From Hemiscyllium ocellatum (lineage: Eukaryota): DNA of 64,000 nucleotides. A model generated the notes under the pieces. The model was not told the DNA's origin and ran no database searches. It saw only the letters and a program-made list of their open reading frames with translations. This document shows, in pieces, positions 62,494 through 64,000 of this stretch. A program made the translations under genes and the position numbers. Every line of letters starts with the position of its first letter. Within the stretch, counting starts at the first letter, position 1. The stretch spans positions 17,938,341-18,002,340 of the forward strand of contig NC_083409.1 in NCBI RefSeq assembly GCF_020745735.1, given 5' to 3'.

Positions 62494-64000
62494 ACACAGA
62501 CCGAGACAAACATCAACTGTGCCTGGAGGAACAACAACTCGGTGAAGGACCTGTGGATCTTCCAGCTGAAGGAGTTGACCCCGACTGAGTGCTGTAGACT
62601 GGCACATTCCACGGTCCAGCACTACGTGATGAGGAACGGGCTGAAGCTTGGCGTATCTGCTGCCAAGGTGCGGTGGGGAAAGGCTACCGTGTAATGTCTG
62701 CCTGCCTAAGAACAGGGGGCCCACGCAGTCATTTGGGCTCTGCTTATCCCCCCAGCTAAATATGTGGATAGTAATTGTACAGACCTGTATATAGCTGAAA
62801 ATGTGTAGCTGGAAAAGTGCAGCAGGTCAGGCAGCATCCAAGGAGCAGGAGAATCCACGTTTCGGGCATGAGCCCTTTTTCAGGAATGAGGAAAGTGTGT
62901 CCAGCAGGCTAAGATAAAAGGTAGAGAGGAGGGACTTGGGGGAGGGGCATTGGAAATGCGATAGGTGGAAGGAGGTCAAGGTGAGGGTGATAGGCTGGAG
63001 TGGGGGTGGGGGCGGAGAGGTCAGGAAGAAGATTGCAGGTTAGGAAGGCGGTGCTGAGTTCGAGGGAAGATGGGGGGAGGGGAAATGAGGAAACTGGAGA
63101 AATCTGAGTTCATCCCTTGTGGTTGGAGGGTTTCTAAGCGGAAGATGAGGCGCTCTTCCTCCAACCGTCGTGTTGCTATGGTCTGGCGATGGAGGAGTCC
63201 AAGGACCTGCATGTCCTTGGTGGAGTGGGAGGGGGAGTTGAAGTGTTGAGCCACGGGGTGGTTGGGTTGGTTGATCCGGGTGTCCCAGAGGTGTTCTCTG
63301 AAACATTCTGCAAGTAGGTGGCCTTTCTCCCCAATATAGAGGAGGCCACATTGGGTGCAGCAGATGCAATAAATGATGTGTGTGGAGGTGCAGGCGGATA
63401 TAGAAGGATCCCTTGGGGCCTTGGAGGCAAGTAAGGGGAGAGGTGTGGGCACAAGTTTTGCATTTCTTGCGGTTGCAGGGGAAGGTGCCGGGAGTGGAGG
63501 TTGGGTTGGTGAGGGGTGTGGGCCTGACGAAGGAGTCACAGAGGGATTATTCTTTTTGGAACGCTGATAGGGGAGGGGAGGGAAATATATCCCTAGTGGT
63601 GGGGTCCATTTGGAGGTGGTGGAAATGACGGCGGATGATACGCTGTCTATGTACGTTGGTGAGGTGGTAAGTGAGGAACAGTGGGGTTCTGTCCTGGTGG
63701 TGTTTGGAGGGGCGGGGCTCAAGGGCGGAGGAGCAGGAAGTGGAGGGCATCGTCGATCACGTCTGGGGGGAAATTGCGGTCTTTGAAGAAGGAGGCCATC
63801 TGGGTTGTACGGTATTGGAACTGGTCCTCCTGGGAGCAGATGCGACGGAGACGAAGGAATTGGGAATATGGGATGGCGTTTTTACAGGGGGCAGGGCTGA
63901 AAATGTGTTGCTGGAAAAGCGCAGCAGGTCAGGCAGCATCCAAGGAGCAGGAGAATCGACGTTTTGGGCATGAGCACTTCTTCAGGAATGAGGAAAGTGT
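62494..64000 (+). repeat. Direct repeat of window bases 1-1507 (offset 62,493)
   Basis: Identical wherever compared. The ORF track repeats with the same translations (e.g. 528-1229 and 63021-63722). Confidence 0.95.

Overview
Repeat-rich cartilaginous-fish (shark-type) genomic DNA holding one immunoglobulin kappa light-chain cluster. The cluster has an intact, unrearranged promoter, leader, V, 12-RSS, 22/23-RSS and J at 33.7-35.0 kb (+). There are three C-kappa copies: a full exon at 46.3 kb (+) with an in-frame TAG, an inverted full exon at 22.7-23.0 kb (-) with a 1-bp frameshift, and a 3' fragment at 8.35 kb (+). The two full C exons lie in ~2-kb inverted arms that bracket V-J; the left arm ends at a 13-N gap. 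Bases 1-1507 recur at 62494-64000, which suggests a 62,493-bp tandem unit or an assembly overlap. The rest is mostly decayed CR1/L2/Tx1 LINEs, HE1-like and DeuSINE-like SINEs and several Penelope-like element (PLE) families. The PLE termini carry many minimal hammerhead-ribozyme motifs, some in short foldback cassettes with target-site duplications. Also present are a retrovirus-type RT relic, probable V-gene relics in an old inverted duplication, and a strong CTCF motif near the unit boundary. TE boundaries are approximate, and family names come from motif recognition, not database searches.
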